A stretch of 64,000 bases of DNA from Octopus sinensis. Taxonomy: Eukaryota. Location: the NCBI RefSeq assembly GCF_006345805.1, contig NC_043001.1, forward strand, positions 38,378,001 through 38,442,000. The letters are read 5' to 3'. The notes under the pieces are model-generated. The model worked only from the letters and a program-made list of their open reading frames with translations. It did no database searches and was not told where the DNA came from. A program made the position numbers and the translations under genes. Each line of letters begins with the position of its first letter. Positions within the stretch are counted from its first letter, which is position 1. This document shows positions 30,940-43,764 of the stretch, one piece after another.

Positions 30940-31880
30940 GTTATTTGCTGCTCAAGGGCAAGCATTAAGAACAAATTCTGTGAAGTACTCTATCGGCTAT
31001 ACAGAAGTATCACCATTGTCAACAATCAAAACGGTCGCTTTTATTATCGATGCACTCAGAACAATTTAAAAAAACATTGATACAATACCTGGGATCGTAG
31101 GCATACGAGATATAGTAAGGAGTGCTCAAATGGCTCTGGTGCTTGGAATGGCTCATGTACTGAAGACGGTGTTGTTCCTCTTGAGTCGAGCGCAAGGGTT
31201 GAGGCATAATTACACACAACTCGACCGTAAATGATCTAGAAAAAAACTGAGTCCTGCCACATGAGCAGAAGGGTTGCAAGCGTAAGTGCAGAGGTACCAA
31301 GGATCAACTCCTGATTGATAAAACTGTACTCAGAGACTGCAAGAGGAGGAAAAGTAACTTAGCCATGTCATGGATCGACTATCGTAAGCCGTACGATATG
31401 ATCCCACAATCTTGGATTATGGAGTGTGTGAACCTGTTTGGGATTGCATTGAATGTTGAGCGATTGCTTGGAAAAAGTATGGGGAATTGGAAAACGGACC
31501 TGACAGCATACGGAAGAAGTTTTGGGACAGTGGAAATTAGGAAGGGCATCTTCCAAGGGGACGGCCAGTCCCCACTGATCATTGTACTGTGCTTGATAAC
31601 ACTGACACTGATACAGAGGAAAGCAAAAGCTGGGTATGTATTCAAAAGCCGCCAACAAAAAGTCAACCATTTGTTATTCATGGATGACTTCAAACTTTAT
31701 GGTAAAGATGAAGCTCAAGACAGCTCCCTGGTTGATACGGTGCTGATATTAGAATGGAGTTCGGACTGAGTGTGGTGTGTTAGTATTGGAGAGAGGCAAA
31801 ATCAAATGTATGAACGGGTTAATGAAACCGTCGGGGGAGGTTATGAAGCAGATAAAAGAGGCGGGCTATAAGTACTTGGC
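30940..31880 (+). mobile_element. Further R4/Dong-like LINE fragments
   Basis: [59 protein letters not shown], and YKYL. Confidence 0.8.
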
Positions 31881-31922
31881 TATAAGAAGCAGTGCAAAGG
31901 CAATAATAATAATAATGACGAT

Positions 31923-31961
<39 letters not shown>

Positions 31962-31993
31962 AATAATAATAATAATAATAAGGATAATAATAA

Positions 31994-32389
31994 TACAGAA
32001 GCAAAAAAAAAGAAGAGTGCCATTGTTATCAAGTGAACGATATTCCGGCATCTAGTGTGCCTTCCACAGGTTCAAAAAATAAACTTGTCAATGTACTTTA
32101 TTTTTGGTAATATTTTATAGGATTGAAGTAATTCCTCCAGTAGATTGACAAGTTTATTTTTTGAACCTGTGGAAGGCACACTAGATGCCGAAATACCGTT
32201 TACTTGATAACAATGGCACTCTTCTTTTTTTGCTTCTGTATACCTACTGGAGGAGTTACCTCGATCTTATAAAATATTACCAAAAATGAAGTAGATTGAC
32301 AGGTTTATTTTTTGAACCTGTGAAAAGCACAGTAGATGCCGAAATATCGTTCACTTGATAACAATGGCACTCTTCTTTTTTTTGCTTCT

Positions 32390-32392
<3 letters not shown>
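31994..32392. repeat. Three copies (inverted, partial, full) of a ~150-bp hammerhead-bearing repeat
   Basis: 31994-32143 is the reverse complement of 32244-32392, and 32144-32240 is a partial copy. Hammerhead-like motifs at 32034-32074 (-), 32162-32202 (+) and 32313-32353 (+). Confidence 0.85.
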
Positions 32393-32474
<82 letters not shown>

Positions 32475-32475
32475 T

Positions 32476-32521
<46 letters not shown>

Positions 32522-32548
32522 GTAATAGTAATAGTAATAATAATAATA

Positions 32549-32601
<53 letters not shown>

Positions 32602-32619
32602 GTAATAATACAGAAAATT

Positions 32620-32770
32620 GCACTACTAGGCACTGCACACATCCTACGCAGAACACTTTCCATACAATAACCATCAGAGCATCACAACAAATCACAGCAC
32701 ATACCCAAGGCACACAGAGCTGCGCTCGGTAGTGAAGTGAAAGCACGCTATAAAAATAAAACTACTGAAT
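32620..32770 (+). mobile_element. R4/Dong-like LINE extreme 3' end with (AAT)n tail
   Basis: QKIALLGTAHILRRTLSIQ*, then a short UTR and (AAT)n. Confidence 0.8.
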
Positions 32771-32807
32771 AGTAATAATAATAAAAATAATAATAATAAT
32801 AATAACA

Positions 32808-32842
<35 letters not shown>

Positions 32843-32846
32843 CATA

Positions 32847-32942
<96 letters not shown>

Positions 32943-32970
32943 TTAATAATAACAACAATAATAATAATAA

Positions 32971-33505
32971 TAAATGCCCTGATGCAGTACAAGGCACTGG
33001 CTGTCATGGCTTCTTAACTGACTGGAAGTGTTATCATGTACATGTTTTGTCTTGTTATAAAAGACGGGTTACAGCAAATAGTCTGCTCAACACCACAGAT
33101 TTGCTTGTCAGTTGTTTGGCATTAAACAGATGAGCATGTCCGTTGGTGGCTGACGATATGTGCACCTCTGATCACGAGCATCATAGGCATGTGTTGAGAG
33201 GAATTCTTTGGGGTCTGAGTAATTCACCTCTGGAAACATGGGTGTTTTGTTCAACATTCTTAAACAAGCCTTATTCAGGGACCTTTTGGGCGGGATGGGC
33301 TACTCAACCTGAAGATAATTCTGAGATCCACTTGCAAGGTCATGCGCTGTTTATCTTGATATGAGAACACCATATCGCGCACATATGGTTGTGATGCACA
33401 TGGCTACTGTATCCTTATCGGACGGGTAGTCATGATGGGTATACTGGGCTTAATATACTTTACCCCAGTGCCACTTTGATGGTATGCACGGCTCCCTCAC
33501 TCACT
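32971..33505. repeat. Unclassified interspersed repeat between (AAT)n and (AAC)n tracts
   Basis: Non-coding block that I recall as an abundant octopus repeat. Only one copy is in the window, so this cannot be verified here. Confidence 0.4.
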
Positions 33506-33547
33506 CAACAACAACAACAATAGTAACAACAACAACAATAGTAATAA

Positions 33548-33740
33548 TAGTACATGGGACAAATAGGGGCTGCAATAAGGGTGGAGTACTTTCAAAAATC
33601 AGCACTGCTTGAAACCGCTCAAATACTCCGGATGGTGCTCGAAAAATAAGGGGGTGTTATCTTAGTTCACTGGTAGTGAACAGCTGGCACCGTTGTACAT
33701 CTCCAGCGTTAGAAGCTGTGCAAAGACAATAAATAATAAT
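33548..33740 (+). mobile_element. R4/Dong-like LINE extreme 3' end
   Basis: VEYFQKSALLETAQILRMVLEK*, then a UTR and (AAT)n. Confidence 0.75.
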
Positions 33741-34893
33741 AACGATGATGATGATGATGATGATGATGATTTGTTTCCTTTACCATCAGAGTGATAGACG
33801 AGTGATGGTGGTGACAATTACAGTGATATGCATGGTGTAGGGATTTACATATTCGAATGAGGAACATAAAAATTGAAAATAAAATAGCATACAATAGAGA
33901 TTCCCCGAGTCTCAGACCACACACTCTCTCTTTACGATCCTAGATTTCCCCTAATATCTCTCCTTATCTGAATTACTATACAGGAATGTTCTTCACCCAT
34001 TTATCCTTTACAGCGGTAGTTACTGAAACAGTTTATGAAATATCAGTTTTCATTTGATTTAATGTTGGAAATAGATGCGATATGGCTGGATGGTTAAGAC
34101 ATCCATTTCGCATCTATAATAATATTTCCCATAGCGTGGAATCTTAGGAATATATCATTTTTCTATAGCTTCGAATCAAACTGGCACGGAAATTACACAG
34201 AAGCCTGTTGGGTAGATTGTACCAGTAATTTGATAGGTACAGCTTTGTCACACACTGTCACAAGATGATTCTGACTGCGAATTACATCAAATTTAATGCT
34301 CTGTGGAAAATTCAGTCACTTACACATTAATTCAGTAGCAGATAATTCAGTTGATCGAATAGATGAATCTTTCTCGTTGGACGAAGGAAATCTGTCATCG
34401 TATTGTTGGGATGGCCGGAAGCACATTATTATTGTCATCAAAATCTGGAAAGTAAATGTTAGATTTTGCAAATGTTCATTGATTTGTATTAAACGATTAT
34501 TTTTAATTGTCTCAGTTAGTTCACAATTGACTACAATAGTGAAACTTTGTTGAAAAATGACAAACTTAGGGCTATAAAGCTTATTTTCCAGTTTTGTCCC
34601 AGAATATATTTCAGATACTGCCAATTCTGGCTTCGTACACTCGGTCAATATTGGCCTTTATGTCTATCGTCATGTCCAGACCACCAGTCGCTGAAAACAT
34701 TTTACACTATAGTAAGCAAATGCCACCCGAAGATAATATTACCATCAGCACGCTCTCCAAATTTTCAATAATTAAATAATCTGAAACGAGATCAAGTCTG
34801 GAGCAGCGACTATTTATCAAACTATTAATTTGTGATCGCCTTTATAGCTCTGTATATTGGTATTCTGTCACGCGAGCGCGCGCACACACACAC

Positions 34894-34950
<57 letters not shown>

Positions 34951-35299
34951 GAGTATACAGAGTACTTTTTTTTTCTAGTTTGGATTTCCTCTCATGACTA
35001 AAACGCCGCGTTAGTTCCACCCTTGGCAAAAATTCCTACCCCCAGATTTGAAATTCCGCCCCGCCTGGGACCCAAGTGTTTCCTGTTTGAGAATCAATAG
35101 TATAAATGGTATACAAATAATAAAGGAATATGGTAATGTACTCCCCCTATATACAAAGCCAATCGAGGAACACTAGTGGTCCATGATCGGCCTGAACATT
35201 AAGGGCGTGTGCTCTCATCAGTTGACGTTCCCCGCCTTATAGGCTTAACCTACAGCGGTTCCATATTGTACATCACATTGAAGAAATTCTTTAAACCAT

Positions 35300-37330
35300 T
35301 CTCACTGTTAGTACCTCAGTTGCCATGACTTTAATCGCCGTTTTTAGAGTGCGAACTAACTCGCCCTACAGTCTACGTCTCTTTATCGCTAACTCATTGC
35401 TAAACTGTATCGATTCCGATTTAATTACCCTTTGCAGGGCCCTCCGGCACCAGATGATATTCTGTGATTGCTCTATGTTCACCTCGGAACACTTGAGAAA
35501 TTCAATCTGTTCCGTTCAGACAGTGGGGAATTTCTGAATAGATTTCCTAGGCTTTTGAACCCATTTTATGCGATAGCGCTATACAATCCTGCTTTCCGTC
35601 TAAGATGTAGTTCCATTCGCTCGCTTGTACTAGAGATCAGCACCTTCCTGGGAAACCTGGTTTCTTTGAGGAAACTTGACTTTTCTGCCTTTGTCTGGGC
35701 AAAGGCAGCCATCAGTCTGAATGACCATCATCCCTACCTTTCACGTCCAGGACCACAGACTTACTGTCTGCGTCCAGAGAGATAGCCTTTTCTCAAGATC
35801 TAAAATTTCTGGAATGACACTGCCACTCTGCTGCCCGACCTCGGCAGACCACGAAATGAGTACATCTTGTTTTTCTCGAAAATGGACATTTGTCCGTGTA
35901 CTTCAGAGGTTCTTGCCTCACAAATGTCTAGTAACATGAGGTCGTTGAGTAAGCAGCCTTCATTCCAAGTTGACTCCAGGATATGTATTATTCACTCTAA
36001 AAGTAACCATGTCTATCAGAAGAGCACTCAACTTTTGTTGGTTAAGGAAGAAATAGGGAAAGACCTTTCTTAGGTCATTTTTCCATCCCCGCAAAACTTA
36101 ATGTCTATAGTATGTTTTAAAGTTCCATATATGTGTTTGTGTCAGTTTGAATAAACAGTCGCTCTTAGGCAGTTATTGACAAGCATTCGTCGAAATGTTC
36201 CCCTTTTGTGAGAACGCTATTTTTCTGTACTCTGCATCAAATGGCTGTTTCTCTTTCGAACAACAACAAAATTCATTCGGAGAGGATCGGATTGTGCGTC
36301 TGATTGTACGTTAGTTGTAGCTATTGTTGTTGTTGGTCCTGTATTTGCTTTTGTCTTCATGCTTTCTTGCATAGTCGCGGTTGTGGTCATATTTAGGAGT
36401 ATTGGTTATTGTTATTGTTTTGGTGTTGATGTTGGCGAATGGTTTGAAAAGAGGTTTTCTACCTTTCTTCTTTGCATTTTTATTTTTAACGTGAAAAGGC
36501 CTTCTTTCCGATTTTTTTTTTGCGATGGCTTTGTCTTGTCCTCATTGCTCGAGGGATTTGTAAACTCCCCAAGTCTGTGTTAAGAGGAAGAGTTTGATGT
36601 ATAATTGCGTGAATGATTGTTTCTCTGTGTTGGTGGACTTGTAGGTGAGTGAGGGCCTCCTTTGCTTTTAGTGGTGCTGGCTGCGGAATTACTGTTTCAT
36701 GAACTGCACTATAGGTCTCTGTTACATTTCACTGCTGCTTTTGCTGTTGGGGTTGCTACTCCTGAAATCGCTGTCACTGCTGTGATTGCTGCTATTATCA
36801 ATACTGCTGTTGCTACTACTGCTGCTGTTATATTAGTTGGTAGTAGTACTTCTGTTACTGCTGCTGGTGTTGGTATAATAGTCGCTGTTGTTGGTGGTGT
36901 AGTTATCACTATGGTTGTGATGTTGACTGCAGTGCGAACCTTCTTTCTGCTCCTCATAGTTGTTGTAGGTAGAGAATCTTCAAGTAGGTGTTGCTCACGC
37001 ATGTATGGTATCAAGGTCTTCTGCCTTCTACCACGACACGCAATTGTGCCCTGTTCAGCAATCCAGTAAGGTCAAGGATCTTGTCCAAGGTTTCTGATTT
37101 CATCAGGATCAGGATCTTCAACACAAATCTGGGCCAATGTCTTTTCGATATCTTTTAATACAAAGTGTTCAGTCTTTCTGTTACAGCGCATAAACCACTC
37201 ACCAAACGTCTAATTCTGGTGGCCAATAAATGTATTTATATGAGACAATAAAATGTTTCTGAACCGAAGATTCCATGAGGAATCTCACACTTACACAACC
37301 ATATTTCCTGTCTATATCGATTCATATTCC
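35300..37330 (-). mobile_element. Decayed Tx1/L1-like LINE 5' half (ORF1 plus APE endonuclease)
   Basis: ORF1-like PPELDVW and LRVVVEGRRP plus a Thr/Ala-rich tract. APE-like LLNDL, VVLDVKGRD, FRLMAAFA and LSERNRL. Confidence 0.55.
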
Positions 37331-37739
37331 TCTCAGACAATTTTCCTTATTAGGTTTTAATGGACAGATGCCGGTATATAATAGTTATCGCATTTCTTTA
37401 CATTAGTTGTGAAGGAATTGCTAGTTGAGCTCTCCCGTTCTTTTTGTTGATGTGTTTTCTGCATCACTTAGACTCCTGTATTTGTCTTCCATGGAAATTT
37501 GCCCATGGAACCTTGTCCTGCAAAGGAGCTTGTTTTTATAGCTGTTTTGGTAGAAACGTTGAAATTTTCGAAAGAAATATTGTTTTGCATGCATAGAATA
37601 TAACTATATCCATTCTGTTGGAGAGAAATCTAAATTTAATTGAAAACTATCAAGAAAGGTTGTTGTAGGACTTTCCTATACGATCTGTAAAATGAATAGA
37701 AAACAACAGACAGCATATTGTAATCGTCGACAGACGTAA

Positions 37740-37960
37740 TTATCTGCTGTAATAGACGTAGCAAGCCTATATGACACCAGAGTAAAAAATGAAGGGGAAA
37801 AAGTAGAGTAATATACCGCCTTGAAGTCTGAAATCCTCAAGTGCTGAGACAATGAGGTTAACAAGATCATGATACTACTGGTTATTCTTGGAACCATGGG
37901 AACAATGACAAACATACTGAAAACAAAGCTTGAAAAACTTGCCCTTAACCTGGGAGTAGA
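37740..37960 (+). mobile_element. R4/Dong-like endonuclease fragment
   Basis: VIDVASLYDTRVKNEGEKVE*Y.ALKSEI...VILGTMG. Confidence 0.65.
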
Positions 37961-38729
37961 TGCCCTGGGTCGATGGTATCGGCTAATCTCTCTCACCTCC
38001 CGCATAAAATTTTCGGCTTTGTGCCTTAATCAGAAATCAGCCTCTCACTATTCCGGATATAGGTACATGATTACTTTATTTCTACATCAGTCACACAGAA
38101 TCCAAGCTCCAAAATAATACACTTCTATTAAACTCCTTGCGTCGCTTCTTACTAGCAATATTAAAGAACAACAAACACATTCGAACCTCATACTCAACAC
38201 AAGACATAGCGCACGCACAAATACAAGCGCATGCACACCCAAAGCAAAAATATTAGGATTTATAACAATTTCACAACATTCGCATCAATGAAAGAAGTTA
38301 TAGTAAAAAATGGAAGCAAGATTTATAGTAAATAACAAACTTTTATAATAAACAACACTTCAAAACAGCCCCCGGAAACTATATCTTACCACACCCATTT
38401 TGGTCACTTCAGAGAAACATAAAAATATACGAATAGAAATAACTGCAGTATCAATAGCTTCCTTCTCTCCAAATATTCTAACACTATTCTGAGAATCGCA
38501 GTACCAATGATGCATGCAGAAGAACTACAACTACCGTGTTCTGATCAAGTTCACTTAGCTTGCTTTCATTGACATCAAGTTCTATAGCGTACTGTGGAAG
38601 AGTTCAACATACATTAACAACACCGAGCCAAACATTAGAAGCGTGCGCGCACACACACATATACACACATACACACACTCTCTCTCTTTCTCACACACGT
38701 ACGCACACACACACACACACACACACACA

Positions 38730-38769
<40 letters not shown>

Positions 38770-39517
38770 CGAACACATGCACAAATGAAAGCAGCAACAA
38801 TAACCATTGATTCAATCACTGTGATGGGATGATCACCACGAAAGATAAAGAAGCAAGTGCAGAGAACCAGCAACTATTGCACTCTGACCAATTCTACTTT
38901 CATTGCTTCTGGTGTGACAGTTGTCAGTCGCTAGGGCCATATAGAATAAGATTGGACAATGAAGAAAGGCCTACACTAAATGACTGCATATTTGAGTGCA
39001 CGGTATAGTTGTAGCTCTAGATCTGTAGATTAACGGGCACTAAAAAAAATATGAATTATACTCTCTAGTAAATCTCGGGATACGAAAGTTAATGATGTAC
39101 GGGCGTAGTATGAAGCTATGTCGTTTGTAGATATTCCCGGACAAGCTAGCAGATGTTTTCCTAAAGCTTGTCTTCGAGATTTACATCCTGTGAGAATGGC
39201 ATTATGTTTTTAGAAGAAAATGCTGGGCATTCGGCTATTAACTCGTTCATGAAACATGTATTACAAAAATCAATATCTCAAGTTATGTGAAATCATGTGT
39301 GCCTGTAGCCATTTTATGACCAAGGATTAATACTGTTAAAATTTTACCCAAGTTTAAATTTAATTTCCAGTTTGTAGATGCAAAAATGTTGATATGAAAG
39401 TAGCTACTGAAATTCTCTGACTAAACAGTTAATGTTACTGAAAAAGATGAGAATGATACACAGTTCCATTACCCTTCAAAATGAATATATTGTATTTTGC
39501 ATAATCAAGTCTATTTG

Positions 39518-39610
<93 letters not shown>

Positions 39611-39625
39611 TTATTTATCTATCTA

Positions 39626-39690
<65 letters not shown>

Positions 39691-40875
39691 GTCTGTCTGT
39701 CTTGCTAGCTCGCTAGCTATCTGTATGTATGTCTGTCTGAAAGAAACAGAGGGAGAGAGAGAGAGCGAGAGAGAGAGAGAGAGAAAGAGAGACAGAGATA
39801 CATAGATAAATAGATAGGTTGATAGATACAGTATAAATACACACATACACACACATATATCTACAAAACGATATTTCAATACCAAATAGGCTTTTGTCAC
39901 AGAGCAAGAAATAAGCTGACATCAAACTAAGTCTTTAGCCTAAATTCAATTCTTAGTTGATGTAATTTCATTTCGTTAAGCAATTGATAATCTTGGGAAG
40001 TCCACTTACTTCTCATTTCATTTCCTCAAAAATGAAATTGAGACCTTGAATCTACTAAAATAAAAATTCTTACTTTAACAAAATGGAAAGAATTTCTTAT
40101 TAGATTTAACCAAAACATTCTATCAAGCAATATTTCACAGAAAATGGAAATATTTCCGGAGGATACCACGGACAAAAGTACATTACTAATTAATTTCTCT
40201 TCAAGGCAATCTGATACTCTCAAGTAAGCTAATGACTGGGTGAATGTAATTCCTTTACATAGTAAAAGTTATACCTTTAAGTTGTGAAGAAATAAGCACA
40301 TTACATGATGAATACATTTTTGTATATCACCGATTAAAGTTATACATCTGTGGTGAAGTGTGCATTAAAAAGCATATATGCTCTTTCATGCGAGATACAA
40401 AAAATAAATAATAATGAGAGAGGAAGTCATTCGCCATTATATCCGCTGACGTCATTGCATAGAATGGATTTCCTGTCGTTCGGCAGTAGTATTGCCAAAA
40501 ATCGAGGACCTTCAACTTCACTAAATTCATATTAATTAACTACTGGTGGAATGATATTCACCCATTTCCTGCAGCTCCAATGCAAATTTTATTCTAGGAT
40601 AATCAATATTAAAAAAAAACAAGCAAACAAGCAAAATAGCAAAAACACGTTCTTTTCGAACAATTCGTATCTGTGCGTCTTACTTCACGGTCAGAAGTCA
40701 TATGTGAGCCCGTAGATGTTGAGAGTATAATGCACGGTCTTCCTTCGACTGCGAAGAAACTGCCATCATGTGTGTGAGTGTGTGCGTGTGTGTGTGTGTA
40801 TGTGTGCGTGCGTGTGTGTGTATGTGTGCGTGCGTCTGTGTGTGTACATATATTTATATATGTATGCATATATAT

Positions 40876-40908
<33 letters not shown>

Positions 40909-40933
40909 ATGTAATATAATATATATACATATA

Positions 40934-41339
40934 TTATTGCAAAACCAGCGACTGTACATCGCTTGAAATTATATATATTGCGAGCAAAAGCGAACTACTG
41001 CCATCATCCAGTACTGAAGGAGGCAGAAATAGCCCGAAACGAGGCTAGCCTGCCGGTCCCATCGCTAGAAGGTGATAGGGGTTCGCTCCCCTGCTCGTGA
41101 TATCTCGGATGCTGCTGTGCATCGTTAACCAGCTAGAGGAGAAGTCTTCTTGGGGTTAAAAATTGCAGTAAAGTCCGTTTGAACGGACAGCCATGTTGAA
41201 ATGGCTACGAACATTACTTGTTAGTACAACTACTGCGTTGATCTCCTTAGGAGATTTTAGAACTAGCAGTTTGGTTATTGCAAAATCAGCACTGTACGTC
41301 GATTGAAATTATACATATTGAGGGCAGAGGCGAACTACT
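40934..41339 (+). mobile_element. Retrozyme-like ~341-bp tandem unit 1 plus the first 65 nt of unit 2
   Basis: TTATTGCAAAA..CAGC..CTGTAC..TTGAAATTATA..GCGAACTACT occurs at 40934 and again at 41275. Decayed hammerhead at 41008-41056. Confidence 0.75.
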
Positions 41340-41394
41340 TCGGATTTTTTGCGTCGTAATTTACTGTTACCAAAGTTATATGAGTTCTTTCTTT

Positions 41395-43235
41395 TGTCTG
41401 GTAGACCACCAGTACCTCGAGGCGGTCTTCGAAGCGGCTGGGCTGAGCCCGGACTTCCGTAGGTGGATCTCCGCAGTGTATAGCGGCATCAAATCCACAC
41501 TTCAGATAAACGGCTAGCTGTCGGAGCTGTTTACGATCAAGCGTCCAGTTCGTCAGGGGTGTCCCTTGTCTCCGCTTCTGTACATGTTGGCTCTTGAGCC
41601 ATTACTGCAGAAGTTGGAGAATTTGATGCGTACCCCCAATGAAATCGGATGTGGTAAGTCGGTCTCTGCTTATGCGGATGACGTCACCATCATCGTGTCC
41701 AATGAGGCTCAGTTACTTTGTGTAGAGGACGCTATCAAAGGATACGAGGTGGTGGCAGAAGCAAAAGTTAACAAGGACAAGTCCATCGGCTTGCGCCTCG
41801 GCACCTGGAAGAGCAAACCGATATCGTCCAGTGTCGTGGGTTACTGGACAGATGGTCTTGTTAAGTTGCTTGGAGTTTGGTTTGGACCGGACTCCCAGAC
41901 GGAGAAGCATTGGAGCGAGTTGGCTGACAGGGTGGAAGCCCTGCTCTGGATTTGGGCCGGACGGGCTCTGTCCCTGAAAGGAAGGGCGGAGGTGGTACAG
42001 GATTTATTGCATCTGTAATCACCTACCTACCGCCTAACCGTTATCCCTTGCCCCGACTCGTGGCTAAACAAGTTGGAGCGCCTCCTTTTCCGCTTATTGT
42101 TGAAAGGAGGAAAGCTACTTGTTAGGCGCTCCGTCTGCTGCCAGGAACCGTTAAAGGGTGGGTTAGGGATTCCCTAGCTAATGATGCGCAGACATGCGTT
42201 GAGGCTGAGACATCTCTGGCGCTACCTGGAGGGTAACAAGGTGTGGAATCTGCTGGCGGAGGAATTTTTTCCGCGACTAGGTTCTTTTAAGAGATCCAAA
42301 CTCGGTTTTATTAAAAGATGTAATCTGACAGATTGGCAAAAGGAGTGTCGATAGGCACTCGTGCTAATCTACAAGACGAACAAGGCCGGCAATGGGAATA
42401 CCTCCTCGGTTTTGTATAAAGGGCTGGTCGAGTTTAAAAATGATGACGTCCTAGGAGGGGCTCTGGGGTTCGACGTGAACCAACTTGTCAACCTGTTCCA
42501 AAAAACTTTCAGGCCGGGGTATTTTGATATTTACCAAAAATTCCTGACCTGGCAGTGTTACAGGAACGCTTTACCTGTTCGCGATAAGTTATCCAGGCAC
42601 GGAATGTCAGTGCCAACGGCATGTCCAAGATGTGGGCTGGACGATGAAACCGTCCAGCACGCTTTTGTATAATGCCGGAAGCTTTCAGGCTTGATAATTT
42701 ACACTGAACACGTGTTGTCAGACCTAGGCAGAGTACAGCTATCAGCTGAGTCTATAATAAAGATTGTGCCGCCAACCGGACTCTCAAAGGAAGTTGAGGC
42801 ATGTTTTCTCTGTTCAGTTGCAGTGTTAAAAGAGTGGGTCTGGAAGACCAGATTGCAAGGATTCGTGACGGGATCCTTCATCTCTGGCCCTGATTTGCTG
42901 GCATACTTCATATATCATCCGAAGAGCAAGATAGAGCTGGAGTGGAGATGCCTGTCGCGAGGTGTGTTCGAGAGATGGAAGACTGTGGTAAGAAAGGTGG
43001 GTGCAAGTGACCGTACTTAATCCTTATGGGAAAAGGAAAAGGCATAGTCGCTGGGCTTTTCAGCCCATCAGGTTTAATCTCCACCCCTCAAAAAAGTCAA
43101 AATTTTAATTATATTCATTCAATATTAAAAAAAAAATAAGTATCATATGAACTCATAACAACAATAATTGTTTATATTGTCCTGTTTTCCCCCTCTATGT
43201 ACGACATTAATTATCCTAATAAAAAATTCATCTCT
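41395..43235 (+). mobile_element. Tx1/L1-like LINE, second subfamily, 5'-truncated
   Basis: VDHQYL, RQGCPLSPLLY, YADD, LSLKGRAEV, and CPRCGLDDETVQHAFV. Homologous to 16051-18559 but with a different 3'UTR ending in AATAAAAAA. Confidence 0.9.
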
Positions 43236-43248
43236 AGCAGACAAGGTG

Positions 43249-43522
43249 TCCAGTACTGAAGAGAGGCAGAAATAGCCCGAGACCAGGCCAGTCTACTGGT
43301 CCTGTCGCTAGAAGGTGACAGGGTTTGCTCCTCTGCTCGCAATATCTCGGATGCAGCTGTGCATCATTAACCAGCTAGAGGAGATGTCTTTTTGGGGTTA
43401 AAAAATCGCAGTAAAGTCCGTTTGTACGGGCAGCCATGTTGAAGTGGCTACGAATATTACTTGTTTGTACAACTATTGCATTGATCTCTTAGAGAGATTT
43501 TAGAATTAGCATTTTTGCTTAT
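43249..43522 (+). mobile_element. Remainder of retrozyme-like unit 2
   Basis: Colinear with 41007-41278, roughly 80-85% identical by eye. Confidence 0.75.
43250..43299 (+). ncRNA. Type I hammerhead ribozyme motif
   Basis: CCAGTA-CTGAAGA-GAGGC-AGAAATA-GCCC-GAGAC-CAGGCCA-GTC^TACTGG. Stem I is 6 bp perfect. This copy has A14G; unit 1 keeps GAAAC. Confidence 0.75.
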
Positions 43523-43615
43523 ATGCATATATAGTTGAAATTTACAGAAAAACAAAAGACGAAGACAGGTATGTGAACAACAAGCCAGTTTGACGCTCGG
43601 GAAAAATGAAAAAAT

Positions 43616-43651
43616 CTTTTACATTTCGAGCCTGCGCTCTTCAACAGAAAG
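43616..43651 (-). ncRNA. Minimal type I hammerhead-like motif, CUGUUGA-A variant, within a short Penelope-like repeat (~43525-43735)
   Basis: Minus strand: CTTT-CTGTTGA-A-GAGC-GCAG-GCTC-GAA-ATGT-A^AAAG. Confidence 0.6.
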
Positions 43652-43764
43652 GAATAAGAGAAAATAAACAGAGAGGGAATGAAAAATAAAAAAAAATTGT
43701 AGAGTTTAGCGGTCCAACTTGGCGATGACTGGAAAAAATTTATATATTTATATATATACATGTA

